A stretch of 64,000 bases of DNA from the human T2T-CHM13v2.0 reference genome, Homo sapiens. Where the stretch lies: NCBI RefSeq assembly GCF_009914755.1, contig NC_060933.1. The stretch is one strand, 5' to 3'. The stretch's first letter is position 1, and the number at the start of each line of letters is the position of its first letter. The notes under the pieces are model-generated. The model did not search any database and was not told the origin of the DNA. It was given only the letters and a program-made list of their open reading frames with translations. Shown piece after piece: positions 29,992-44,600 of this stretch. The position numbers and the translations under genes are program-made.

Positions 29992-30069
29992 TGACCTAAA
30001 TTTCCTCTTAGTAGAAGAGACTCTAGACAGTGGTTTCCAAGAATCAGGGCTCAAGGTCAAAGTCCTTGA
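29992..30069. promoter_or_regulatory. Candidate nuclear-receptor element cluster (RORE; ERRE/NR5A site overlapping an HNF4-type DR1)
   Basis: AATTTAGGTCA on minus strand 29992-30002; TCAAGGTCA 30051-30059; AGGTCAAAGTCC 30054-30065; motif match only. Confidence 0.3.
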
Positions 30070-30974
30070 ACTTCCTTTTCTTCTGCTTTTCAAAACACAA
30101 GCTCTGTTCCAGCTCTCACTCAAAAGTACAGAGCGCTCTGAGTTGGGGGTCACAGACTGTCAGCTCCCAGTTGCACTCACATACACACCCAGAGAAGGAA
30201 CACTGATGATGGAGCATGAATTCCCAAGTAAGAGAGTTGGCACCCCAAATTGTCTTTTAAAAAAAAATCCAAGCGCAACAAATATGAAGATGAAAAATGG
30301 GGAGGTGAAGGTGACTCCAAGTGGAAGGGAGTAGACTGGCTTGCTGTAGGGTGGGTGCATTGGAGTGAGTTTCTTCAGAAGTTCTCTGCTATTGCCCTAA
30401 GAGAGAAGAAGGGTGAACGCCCCATTGTCTCTGATTCAGGAAGAGGTCAAGTCCTAGAAGAAAAGCAAAGATTGTGATGACCCTTAGGAGGGTATAACCA
30501 GTGTGGCACCCAGTATCCAGCCTGTGCCTTCCTAATCCATGTGTAGCTCAAAGTATGTGGAAAAGGAAGGAGAGAGAAAAGCAGAAGAGGCCGGAGCTCC
30601 CAGCTGAGGAAGGAGAGCTAAGGCTGTTCACTCTGTAGAAGGGGCACAGACACTGGTAAATGGAGGGTGAAGCATGGTGGTGGCTGGAGGATGCAGATTC
30701 TTCTAGGAGTCCTAAAGGCCACCAAGAAGGGTCAATCATCCCTGGCAATAAAGGCCTCTGGGGGAGGAAAGGGACTTAGTGATGCTGCAGAGGCTGGGAG
30801 CTGGGTGTGAGGTGTGACATAACTGTGTTATTTCTCTTTTGCTGCCTTGTAACCCCCAGAGTGCTGATTCCTGAGGGGAGTACATACAATCCATTTTCTA
30901 ATTCCACTTGTTTTTTCCATTCATCACAGCTCATCACTTTCCTACAGCCTGATGGAGAGCTCATTTCCTCCTGA

Positions 30975-31235
30975 GAAGCAGTGTAGCTCAGTGAAGACAG
31001 GTTATGGAGTCTGATGCCCAAGGTTCAAATCCAGGCTCTGTTACTTAATAACAGTGTGACCTTGATCAAGTGCTTTGACCTGTTGTGCTCTGGTGTTCTT
31101 CTCTATATAAGGAAAGTATGGTATGAATATCTACCTCATCAGTTTTTGAAGAAGGAGTGAATAGGCTAATATATATAAAGAACTTACAACAGTGCCTGGT
31201 CTGTGTTAAACACCCAGTAGACAGTGTGTACAAGC
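30975..31235 (+). mobile_element. MIR, near full length
   Basis: ggttcaaatccaggctctgttactta...gtgaccttgatcaagt...acaacagtgcctgg. Confidence 0.85.
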
Positions 31236-31732
31236 TTTTACTTGTTAAAATTAGAGACTCTTGAGTAAAAAGAGCCTCATAAAAGACTATTTCATTTATA
31301 CAACAGAGTGACAATGTGCCAGACACTAAGCAAGGGCCTGGGGATACAAAAAGTAACATTACTCAGTCCATACATTTGTCAACTTTTCCTTTGAGCTTCC
31401 CAGTCTCGGGTCCCTTATCACAGGCTCTCATTATACTATTACTTTTGCATCAAAGCATTTATCACAGTATATTCATTTATATTTTGTGTGATTATTTTTC
31501 TATTTCTTTTTTTTTAATTTTATTATTATTATACTTTAAGTTTTAGGGTACCTGTGCACAACGTGCAGGTTTGTTACATACGTGTACATGTGTCATGTTG
31601 GTATGCTGCACCCATTAACTCGTCATTTAGCATTAGGTATATGTCCTAATGCCATCCCTCCCCCCTCCCCCAACCCCACAACAGTCCCTGGTGTGTGATG
31701 TTCCCCTTCCTGTGTCCATGTGTTCTCATTGT

Positions 31733-35549
<3,817 letters not shown>

Positions 35550-35612
35550 TATGATGTTAGCTGGTTATTTTGCTAGTTAGTTGATGCAGTTTCTTCTTAG
35601 CCTTGATGGTCT

Positions 35613-36628
35613 TTACAATTTGGCATGTTTTTGCAGTGGCTGGTACTGGTTGTCCCTTTCCATGTTTAATGCTTCCTTCAGGAGCTCTTTTAGGGCAGGC
35701 CTGGTGGTGACAAAATCTCTCAGCTTTTGCTTGTCTGTAAAGTATTTTATTTCTCCTTCACTTACGAAGCTTAGTTTGGCTGGATATGAAATTCTGGGTT
35801 GAAAATTATTTTCTTTAAAAATGTTGAATATTGGTCCCCACTCTCTTCTGGCTTGGAGAGTTTCTGCCAAGAGATCAGCTGTTAGTCTGATGGGCTTCCC
35901 TTTGCGGGTAACCCGACCTTTCTCTCTGGCTGCCCTTAACATTTTTTCCTTCATTTCAACTTTGGTGAATCTGACAATTATGTGTCTTGGAGTTGCTCTT
36001 CTCGAGGAGTATCTTTGTGGCGTTCTCTGTATTTCCTGAATTTGAATGTTGGCCTGCCTTGCTAGATTGGGGAAGTTCTCCTGGATAATATCCTGCAGAG
36101 TGTTTTCCAACTTGGTTCCATTCTCCCCGTCACTTTCAGATACACCAGTCAGACGTAGATTTGGTCTTTTCACATAGTCCCATATTTCTTGGAGGCTTTG
36201 TTTGTTTCTTTTTATTCTTTTTTCTCTAACCTTCTCTTCACACTTCATTTCATTCATTTCGTCTTCCATCGCTGATACCCTTTCTTCCAGTTGATCGCAT
36301 CAGCTACTGAGGCTTCTGCATTCATCACGTAGCTCTCGTGCCTTGGTTTTCAGCTCCATCAGGTCCTCTAAGGACTTCTCTGCATTGGTTATTCTAGTTA
36401 TCCATTAATCTAATTTGTTTTCAAAGCTTTTAACTTCTTTGCCATTGGTTTGAATTTCCTCCTGTAGCTCAGAGTAGTTTGATCATCTGAGCCTTCTTCT
36501 CTCAACTCGTCAAAGTCATTCTCCATCCAGCTTTGCTCTGTTGCTGGTGGGGAGCTGTGTTCCTTTGGAGGAGGAGAGGCGCTCTGATTTTTAGAGTGTC
36601 CAGTTTTTCTGCTCTGTTTTTTTCCCAT
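35613..36628 (-). pseudogene. ORF1: L1 ORF1 (RNA-binding chaperone), disrupted
   Basis: MGKKQSRKTG start; frameshift ~36490; CGA>TGA at 36300-36302; intact 218-aa C-terminal part with YPAKLS. Confidence 0.95.
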
Positions 36629-37208
36629 CTTTGTGGTTTTGTGTACCTTTGGTCTTTGATGATGGTGACGTACAGATGGGTTTTTGGTGTGGATGTCCTT
36701 TCTGTTTGTTCGTTTTCCTTCTAACAGACAGGACCCTCAGCTGCAGGTCTGTTGGAGTTTGCCAGAGATCCACTCCAGACCCTGTTCACCTGGGTATCAG
36801 CAGCAGTGGCTGCAGAACAGCAGATTTTGGTGAAACGCAAATGCTGCTGCCTGATCGTTCCTCTGGAAGTTTTGTCTCAGAGGAGTACCTGGCTGTGTGA
36901 GGTGTCAGTCCGCCCCTACTGGGGGGTGCCTCCCAGTTAGGCTACTCGGGGGTCAGGGACCCACTTGAGGAGGCAGTCTGCCTGTTCTCAGATCTCCAGC
37001 TGCGTACTGGGAGAACCATGCTCTCTTCAAAGCTGTCAGACAGGGACATTTAAGTCTGCAGAGGTTACTGCTGTCTTTTTGTTTGTCTGTGCCCTGCCCC
37101 CAGAGGTGGAGCCTACAGAGGCAGGCAGGCCTCCTTGAGCTGTGGTGGGCTCCACCCAGTTCGAACTTCCCGCCGCTTTGTTTCCCTAATCAAACAGCTA
37201 ACTCGGCA

Positions 37209-37802
37209 ATGGCAGGTGCCCCTCCCCCAGCCTCGCTGCCACCTTGCAGTTTGATCTCGGATTGCTGTGCTAGCAATGAGCGTGACTCTGTGGGCGTAGG
37301 ACCCTCTGAGCCATATGCGGGATATAATCTCCTGGTGTGCCGGTTTTTAATCCCATTGGAAAAGTGCAGTATTGGGGTGGGAGTGACCCAATTTTCTAGG
37401 TGCCCTCTGTCACCCCTTTCTTTTACTAGGAAAGGGAATTCCCTGACCCCTTGTGCTTCCCGGGTGAGGCAATGCCTTGCCCTGCTTCGGCTCGCACACG
37501 GTGTACTGCACCCACTGTCCTGCACCTACTGTCTGGCACTCCCCAGTGAGATGAAACCAGTACCTCAGTTTGAAATGCAGAAATCACCCATCTTCTGTGT
37601 CGCTCACGCTGGGAGCTGTAGACCGGAGCTGTTCCCATTCGGCCTTCTTGGCTCCAGGCTATTTCTTTCTTTTTTTAAAATTAATGTTTGTCTTGAGCCT
37701 CACTGTAAGCTTTCCAAGGACAGGAACTGGGATCCATATACTGTTGTACTCCCATTATGCAACCTAACATACCATAGTAGAAGCTCAATTGATGTTTGTT
37801 GA
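37209..37802 (+). CDS. ORF0: L1 antisense ORF0, open for 197 aa, last ~49 codons in flanking DNA (translation unproven)
   Basis: MAGAPPPASLPPCSLISDCCASNERDSVGVGPSEP matches the primate ORF0 N-terminus; Kozak gcaATGG; no stop until 37800-37802. Confidence 0.5.
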   Translation: MAGAPPPASLPPCSLISDCCASNERDSVGVGPSEPYAGYNLLVCRFLIPLEKCSIGVGVTQFSRCPLSPLSFTRKGNSLTPCASRVRQCLALLRLAHGVLHPLSCTYCLALPSEMKPVPQFEMQKSPIFCVAHAGSCRPELFPFGLLGSRLFLSFFKINVCLEPHCKLSKDRNWDPYTVVLPLCNLTYHSRSSIDVC

Positions 37803-37813
37803 ATGAATAAATA
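37669..37813 (+). mobile_element. L2 3' end (continuation of the L2 split by the L1; left part ~31400-31500)
   Basis: actgtaagctttccaaggacagg...tagtagaagctcaattgatgtttgttgaatgaataaa. Confidence 0.7.
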
Positions 37814-39039
37814 ATCCAAGAGAAATAACTAGATATCGCTTTATAGAAGGTTTCATTAGAACCCAGCACAGCAAATGAGATAGGCGGTGAATTTTTAATA
37901 AAGTATCTATCAGCAGCAGTCAAGATCTGCTTTCTTAGGGTAACACGTGTCTCTGTGCTAAAGAAATCATTTCTCCAAAAGAGAACATGGAATCCCTGGT
38001 ACTTTGTCCTTAGTTTGTTTTCTCATCTGAGATAGGAAAGCATGGCACCCTGACAGGTAAGCAAGCAGCCCTTAATTTTAAATATTCAAGACAGATACAT
38101 ACAATACTATCTGAGTGGGGGAAAGGTAAATCTAAAATAAATGTCTTTCATTATACAGAAACAGCTGTTTATTGATTTCCAAGAATTGTTGTGTGAGTGT
38201 TGGTTTGAAAGGGAGGAGGCCATCATGAAAGTAAGCATTCCATTTGTATTGGCTAGAAGCTGTGAATCAAAATTTTTCAAAGATAAATTTTCCTCTGTAC
38301 TTGATTCTCTGTCGAAGGGATGTCTATTTATCTTGTCCATGTTACTGTCATGTTTGAGAGACATACTGAGCAGGTTGGATCTAAACCAATCAAGTCCAAG
38401 CTTTACGACCAGCAAATGCTGAATTTACAGTCATGTACTCAGAAACCCCTGAATAATTGAACTAAAAAAGACACTAGTATCCTGAATAATTAAACACCTT
38501 CTGTTGCATAAAATCAGCCTTCCCCAGCCCTGAAAAGTAGAATTCTTTTCACCTGCGGCGGGTGGAACTGTTTGCATAGTGGACTACAGCAGCAAGCTTG
38601 TCAGGGCACTTGTACCAGACATGAGGGTGATTATGCTATCTGAAAGGTATGTGCCTGTCATTTCCTAACTATTGCTGCCTACTTGTTTGGTCCTGCAGGA
38701 AATCAGGGATGGTTACAGCAAAACGTGACCCAGATCAATGAAGGATGGAGGGGGTGGGGACAGACAAACACAATAAGCAAGCAGAAGCCAGGTGTGTCTC
38801 ACACTGTCAGGCTAAGCTGGAGCCTGAATCGCAAACACCAGAGACTCAAAAGAGCATCTAATCTGGGGGCTCAGGGCAAGATGGAACCTCCAGGTTACTC
38901 CTTGGCTATCTTCTGCTTCTTTGTGAAACTGTGAAATTTGCAAAGGGAAACTTTCAGATCGTATTTCATTCATTCATTTGTTCTGCTTGAGCATAAAGCA
39001 TACTTCTATATGTATCATATATAATAAGCATCATCCTTG

Positions 39040-39235
39040 ATAATAATGGCCACCATTTAGTGAGCACCTTCTAGGGGCAGACACTGTGCTAGGTAAAGGT
39101 AGGTCATAAAATTCACTGTCAAAAAAGAAACAGGCTGGAAAAAGTTAAGTCTATTACCCATGATTACTTAGCCAGAAGATGGCAGAGCAGTGTTGGGGCC
39201 CAGGTCTTTCTGACACTAGCATTCATGCTCTCTGC
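39040..39235 (-). mobile_element. MIR
   Basis: ccatttagtgagcacct...gaaacaggctggaaaaagttaagt...caggtctttctgac. Confidence 0.65.
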
Positions 39236-39589
39236 ATCAAAGTAAACCACCTCTCTCAAAGCTGTTCCTAGGGATTGCTAGGGAAAGAAGAAAGGAAGAA
39301 ACTTGGAAGGATACTGAAGACACAGACTAGAGAAGGTTAGAGAAGCCCTGAGCACACTGGCGTGCCATCTGGAACTTGGGAATGATGTGCATTTCTCTTT
39401 TTATGTTTTGCTATTCATGCTCAAGAAAGAGCACTCACCTGGCACTGGGAAGCACTCCGATTTTTTTTTGTTTTTAATGATTCTTAGTAAGACTTGATCT
39501 GAGCAGTCTTAATAAAGTGCAGGGGGATAATTCAGGCCTCTGTTGTGGTGGGTTTCTTAGCCCTATCTTCATAGGCAGAGTCCTCCTTG

Positions 39590-39651
39590 CCCTCTAGATA
39601 GAAGTAGTCTCCTCATTTCCCTCTAGATAGAAGTAGTCTCCTCATTTCCCT
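39590..39651. repeat. Perfect 29-bp tandem duplication
   Basis: ccctctagatagaagtagtctcctcattt x2 + ccct. Confidence 0.97.
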
Positions 39652-40500
39652 AGTGTTGAGTCATCCATTTTGAGTTTGCCAAGTTAGAGTCAGGTAGTTC
39701 TGGAAGGCTATATCCCTGTTTTCATTTACTGAAATGTCCCAGAAGGCTTGGGTGGAGGTGACAACCACACTCCATGGTGCAGGACCTCCTAATTTGGAGC
39801 TCCTGACTTGGAGTCATCTTGGCTTCTCAGAAGACGTAAGGACCCTTGGGCTGGAAACTGACATGTGGGTGGTCCAGCTGAGCCTCCACAGAAGGAAAAG
39901 CCCAGGTCTGTTCCTGCCTATTCAGATTCAACTACATTTATGAGGCCTGACACCTGCCAAGTACTTTGATACTTTCACGTGTTATTTCATTTCACCCTCA
40001 CATCCACTCTAAGAGGCTGAAGTATTTTTCACATGTTATGAATTTTAAAAAATGGGCCACAGAGAGGTGCAGTGTCTTATGCATGATCAGGCACCTTTTG
40101 CACAGTAAAGCCAAAAACTCCGACCTTCACACACATAGGCTGAAAAACCAATTTAGCCATCTGCAGCAACATTTAAATTTCCTTTAGAGTGGAACTCTGA
40201 GTAGCTTGTTCTAGCACCCACCATACCACCCCAGATCGAGGAAAGAAAGCAAAGGGGTTCATGCTTTATGAACTGAATTGGCCAAGGAAATTATGATTAA
40301 AAATTAAGTTAGTCAGAAAATACAGCAATCAATGCTTTAAATGGGGCCTGGGGAGCAGGTGTACCCCTAACAAAAGTATAAATGGAAGTTCCCAGTCAAT
40401 CCCTATTTTCTCCCTCTCTGGGCTGCTTCTAGCACTGTGAGGGGCCTTGTTTGCATGCTTTGGGACACCCCAGTGTACATGTCTTAGCTTTGTGTACATC

Positions 40501-40910
40501 TGTTGTCAATCAAATGTTTGTATTCTTCCAAAATTCATATGTTGAAGTATTAACCCCCAGCATGACTATATTTGGAGATAGGGACTTTAGGGTATAGTTA
40601 AGGTTAAATGATATTATAAGGATGAGGTGCTAACTTAATAGAACTAGTGGCCTTATAAGAAGAGGAAAAGAGAGATCTCCTTCTCTCCCTATTCCTGTCT
40701 CTTCTTCCTCCCTCCTAGTGACCTCAGAGAAAAGGCCACGGGAGGGCACATCTAGAAAGCAGCCATCTATAAGCCAGGAAGAGAGCTCTCACCAGAAACT
40801 AAATTGGCTAAATCCTTGACCTTGGACTTCTAGCCTCCAGAAAATAAATTTCTCTTCTTTAAGCCACTCAGTCTGTGGCATTGTTACAACAGTCTGAGCT
40901 GACTAATACA
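40501..40910 (+). mobile_element. MLT1A-type MaLR solo LTR
   Basis: ccaaaattcatatgttgaag...gctgactaataca; 5-bp TSD ACATC at 40496-40500 and 40911-40915. Confidence 0.9.
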
Positions 40911-40970
40911 ACATCCTATCCAAATAGCCACTGAGCAGAAGCTCACTTGGTCCTGTAAGTGGACTGAGGC

Positions 40971-41181
40971 TAGGGTTGCCACAAAACACAAAACATAGAG
41001 GATTCCCAGTTACATTTGAATTTCAGATAAATCACAAAAAAATTTTTAAGTATTAACTGTGTGTTAAGCATTGCATGGGACATTATAATAAAATTTTATT
41101 TGCTATTTATCTGAAATTCAAATTTAACTATGCACCTTCTATTTCATCCTGTATTTTTACTTGCTAAATCTGGCAACCACA
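40971..41181. mobile_element. MER53 palindromic hAT MITE
   Basis: TIRs tagggttgcca / tggcaacc; 8-bp TSD ACTGAGGC at 40963-40970 and 41182-41189; 19-bp perfect internal inverted arms. Confidence 0.9.
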
Positions 41182-41384
41182 ACTGAGGCTCTGGTCAGGG
41201 AGCTCCAGGGACCTCAGTGTTCACAACATTGTCTAATGTTTAAGGGGGCCTGGTCAGGGAGAGTTGGGCCTTGGATAGGCACAGCCCTTTGTTCCCCAGA
41301 CTACCTCATGGGGAGGGGCCCTCTTAGGCTTGAGGCCTAGGAAAAGGGCTGCTCTTGCCCAGGTCTAAGGGCAATATTGGTAGC

Positions 41385-41600
41385 AGATAGCTTGGAAAGG
41401 AGTACATGAGAAGAGCTTGAATTTAGGAATAAAGAGACCCAGGATCCATCATAAGACTTGGGCAAGTTACTTAATCTCTCTGAACTTTAGATACCTGAAC
41501 TGTATGTAAAACAGAGCTTTACATGGAATAATATTTGTGAGAAAACTATCCCCATGCTTAACACATAGTAGCACATAGTAAGTCTCAATACCAGCTGCTT
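41385..41600 (+). mobile_element. MIR
   Basis: gacttgggcaagttacttaatctctctgaac...gcacatagtaagtctcaata. Confidence 0.8.
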
Positions 41601-44600
41601 CTATTGTCAAAGAAAAAGAGATATGGTATGAAAATGCTTGAGTTTCCTTGCCTTCTGGCTTTTTTTTTTTTTTTGTCACGGAGTTGATTCGAACCAGCTG
41701 TGAACTGGAAGAGGGTGTTAGGTATTTCAATTTGCCCATGAATGGGTTAGGAAAGGGTTACCCTGTCTAGTGGTAACCATCCGGGAAGCTTAGCAGTAGA
41801 GACTAGGCTAAGCATTTCAGGAGAGGTGAGAGAGAACTTGATCCCTTCTGGCCCATGAACTGATGTGTCTCCCTCTCCCCTACTGTTATTCACATGTCTC
41901 TGGGGCCTGGTGGGTAGGTGAGGCACTGTCCTTTTCAAGAAGGCAGGGAAAGAGAGGTGGAGGAGAGAGAGCAGAGCAGCCACCCTACCTGGGCAGAAGA
42001 TGCTATGAGATATGTAAATATTCTCTTAATTCACCTATTTGTTTTTCCATCTTCAAAGGAGCCTGCCTAGATGAGAACTTAATCCCATGGGTTGTAACTC
42101 AGGACCATGAGGATACACACAAAGGGAACCCAAGGAAGCTGGCCCTAAGGCTAAGTGCTGAGTGTTGGAGGAAATATATAAATGAACTTGGAACCTCATG
42201 AAAGCTCAAGACTCTTCTCTCAATTTCAGTCTCATTCCCAAGCATCACGCTGTGGGATTTGACTCAGGGTGTTTCCCTTGTTAAAAGTCAAGAGTAAGAA
42301 GTAGGGGGTGAAGGCAAACTGGCTTGGGGCCAAACTAAGCAGCTTCCTTTTTAACTTGGATGTATTAATGGGAGTAGAACTTTTTTGAACTCTAAGATTG
42401 GCACTCAGGTTCCTTTCTTTCACAGATTGTAGCGGGGTTTTAAATGACTAGGAACTGAAATGACTATGAGGTTGGTCATTTCAGGGGGGTTTTGAGGCCC
42501 TAAGGCTAGAGAAGTACTGCATTTAGGGTGAGCAAAGGGGAGGAAAATTCCAGGAAGAGGGCTTCTAAGAAGAGGTTACCTAGAGTACAAATGGACATCG
42601 ATTGATCAATGTGACCATAATACTTTCACCAGCCCCTTCTGCACCTGGGAAGGTCTCTCATAACCAGTTACAGAGTCTCTGCCCCTGAAAGGCTACTGCA
42701 TCAATAGATTCTCTACCACACGCAGATGAATTGAGGCACAGTTTCAGGAGTCTTAACTTCATAAGAAGATGCTTTCTCTTTCCTCATCTCCTCCCTCAGA
42801 TCCACTCTCCTCCTGGAAGAAAGCATTTCTCATTCTGTTTTAAATTACAGTAACGAAGATGTGATATGAAATAATACAAGGTAGGTACCTTTACCAATGA
42901 AACCACGTGTCTTCAGAATCTATCAACACCTGCAAAGACACGCATCCAGTGCTCACCTGGTGTTAACACTGAAGTTTTCTTACATTCACCATATTAGGAC
43001 CCAAAAGAAATTACTCCCATAGACTTATATGAAAGTTTTAATCTGAATGAGTTCTGAAGTCAAATAATTAAGCACCTACTGTGTGCAATAAAATAAGCAC
43101 AATACAAATTACCAGTTCAATTCAGCAGGTATTTGTTGAGGGTCCACTAGGGAAGCATGTAGCATAATGATGGCTCTGAGGTCATCGCTTATGTCTCCAT
43201 CTGTACCTCACCATCCACTAGTTGTGTGACTTTTTGAAGGTGATTTTAATCCCTCTATGCCTAGACCTCTCAGCATACAGACTATGAGAGTATTACTTAA
43301 TTGGGCTGTTGTGAGAATTAATTATCAAGCCTTCATCATAGTACCTGGTACAAAATAGTTGTTTAATAAATAGGTCAAAGGATGCAAGGATGATTACATG
43401 ATCTCTGTCCTCAAGAAGCTTACAGCCTTGAGAGAAAATAAAGATAAATTGCCATCTGTCCTAGGAGAGGGGTGTGCCACAGTGCTAAAGGGACCATAAG
43501 CGAGTAATCCCAGCCTAAGGCTGAGTAGAGAGGAGTGGGAGGAGGTTGGGGGTGCAAGCCAAACCTGGGAAGATGATCAACCCGGAGTTAGCCAAGCTGA
43601 AGGAGCAGGAGGAGCAGAGATGCAAGACAGTATTACAGCTTCTAAAAAACATGGCTGCAACATCAATCGCCACCTTGTTTCACTTCCACCAGTGCCTATT
43701 CCTCTCTAAAGCAAATCTAGCTGCCACCACTTTTAAAGTTCACCTTTTCATTCTCCTCTAGAATCTTCTTGAAATTCTAATGACCTGCCAGCCTCATTCA
43801 CCGAAAGCATCTCCTGTTTTGATCATCCTCTCCACCATGCCCATCCTATGGACTAACGCGCCAGCAGGTGCTGGCCCAATATTCTGGCAGCCGCTGGCCA
43901 AGCCACAGGAGATTTGACATTCTTTTTCCTGCCCCCCACAGTCCCCAACATTAACTTGACTAAAACACTCCTTTGCCTCAGTCTACCAGTCCATAAAATA
44001 AAAGCATGCATTCTGACCATTTAGGTAGAAGAAGACTTGTAAATTACAAAGGCTTGTGGAGTCCTGAGAAATAGGGCTAAAGAAACACTCGCCACTTAAA
44101 ATAGCTAACTAAAGAGGAAAGACTTCCTCCTCGATGCGTTACTGGGTTAGTGGGTTGATTTTATCACATCCAAGGTTGAATGCTTCCTATCAATCAACTG
44201 CAAACGAGGAAATCCAGAGCTTTGGCTCCAGTAATGTGCTTCATATGTTCAGAATTGTCCTCCAAATCAGCAACTGACTGTAGTGGTCCAATGGGAGAAG
44301 ACAGCTGTTCCCAAGTCAGGGCCCCAGCTTTCAAGGCTGTGAGTGCAGGGAAGGGCAGGGAGCCATGAGGACACTCCTGAAAATTCCAACTTAAGGTGGA
44401 TGTGTCGGATTTTATCTTCTCTCACCAGCTCTGACTCCGGGATGCAACACCTGACATGAGAAAGAGCCTCCTCCTAAATAGCTGCGGTTAAAACATCCTA
44501 ATGCTAATTAAAAACGGAGAGCTTAGCTAAAGTGGAAGGAAACATTGCTCCATTAATGGCTTTGTCATTTGCTAAAACCTTATTTCTTTGCTGCCTTCAA

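Larger units (their letters stand above)
40340..41379 (-). mobile_element. FordPrefect-like hAT-Tip100 fossil interrupted by MLT1A and MER53
   Basis: Reverse complement of right end caatattgcccttagacctgggcaagagcagccc resembles the recalled terminus; left boundary uncertain. Confidence 0.5.

Noticed and set aside
37083-37208. N-terminal 42 aa of the 239-aa track ORF
   Set aside because: Starts at TTG; the recognised ORF0 start is the ATG at 37209
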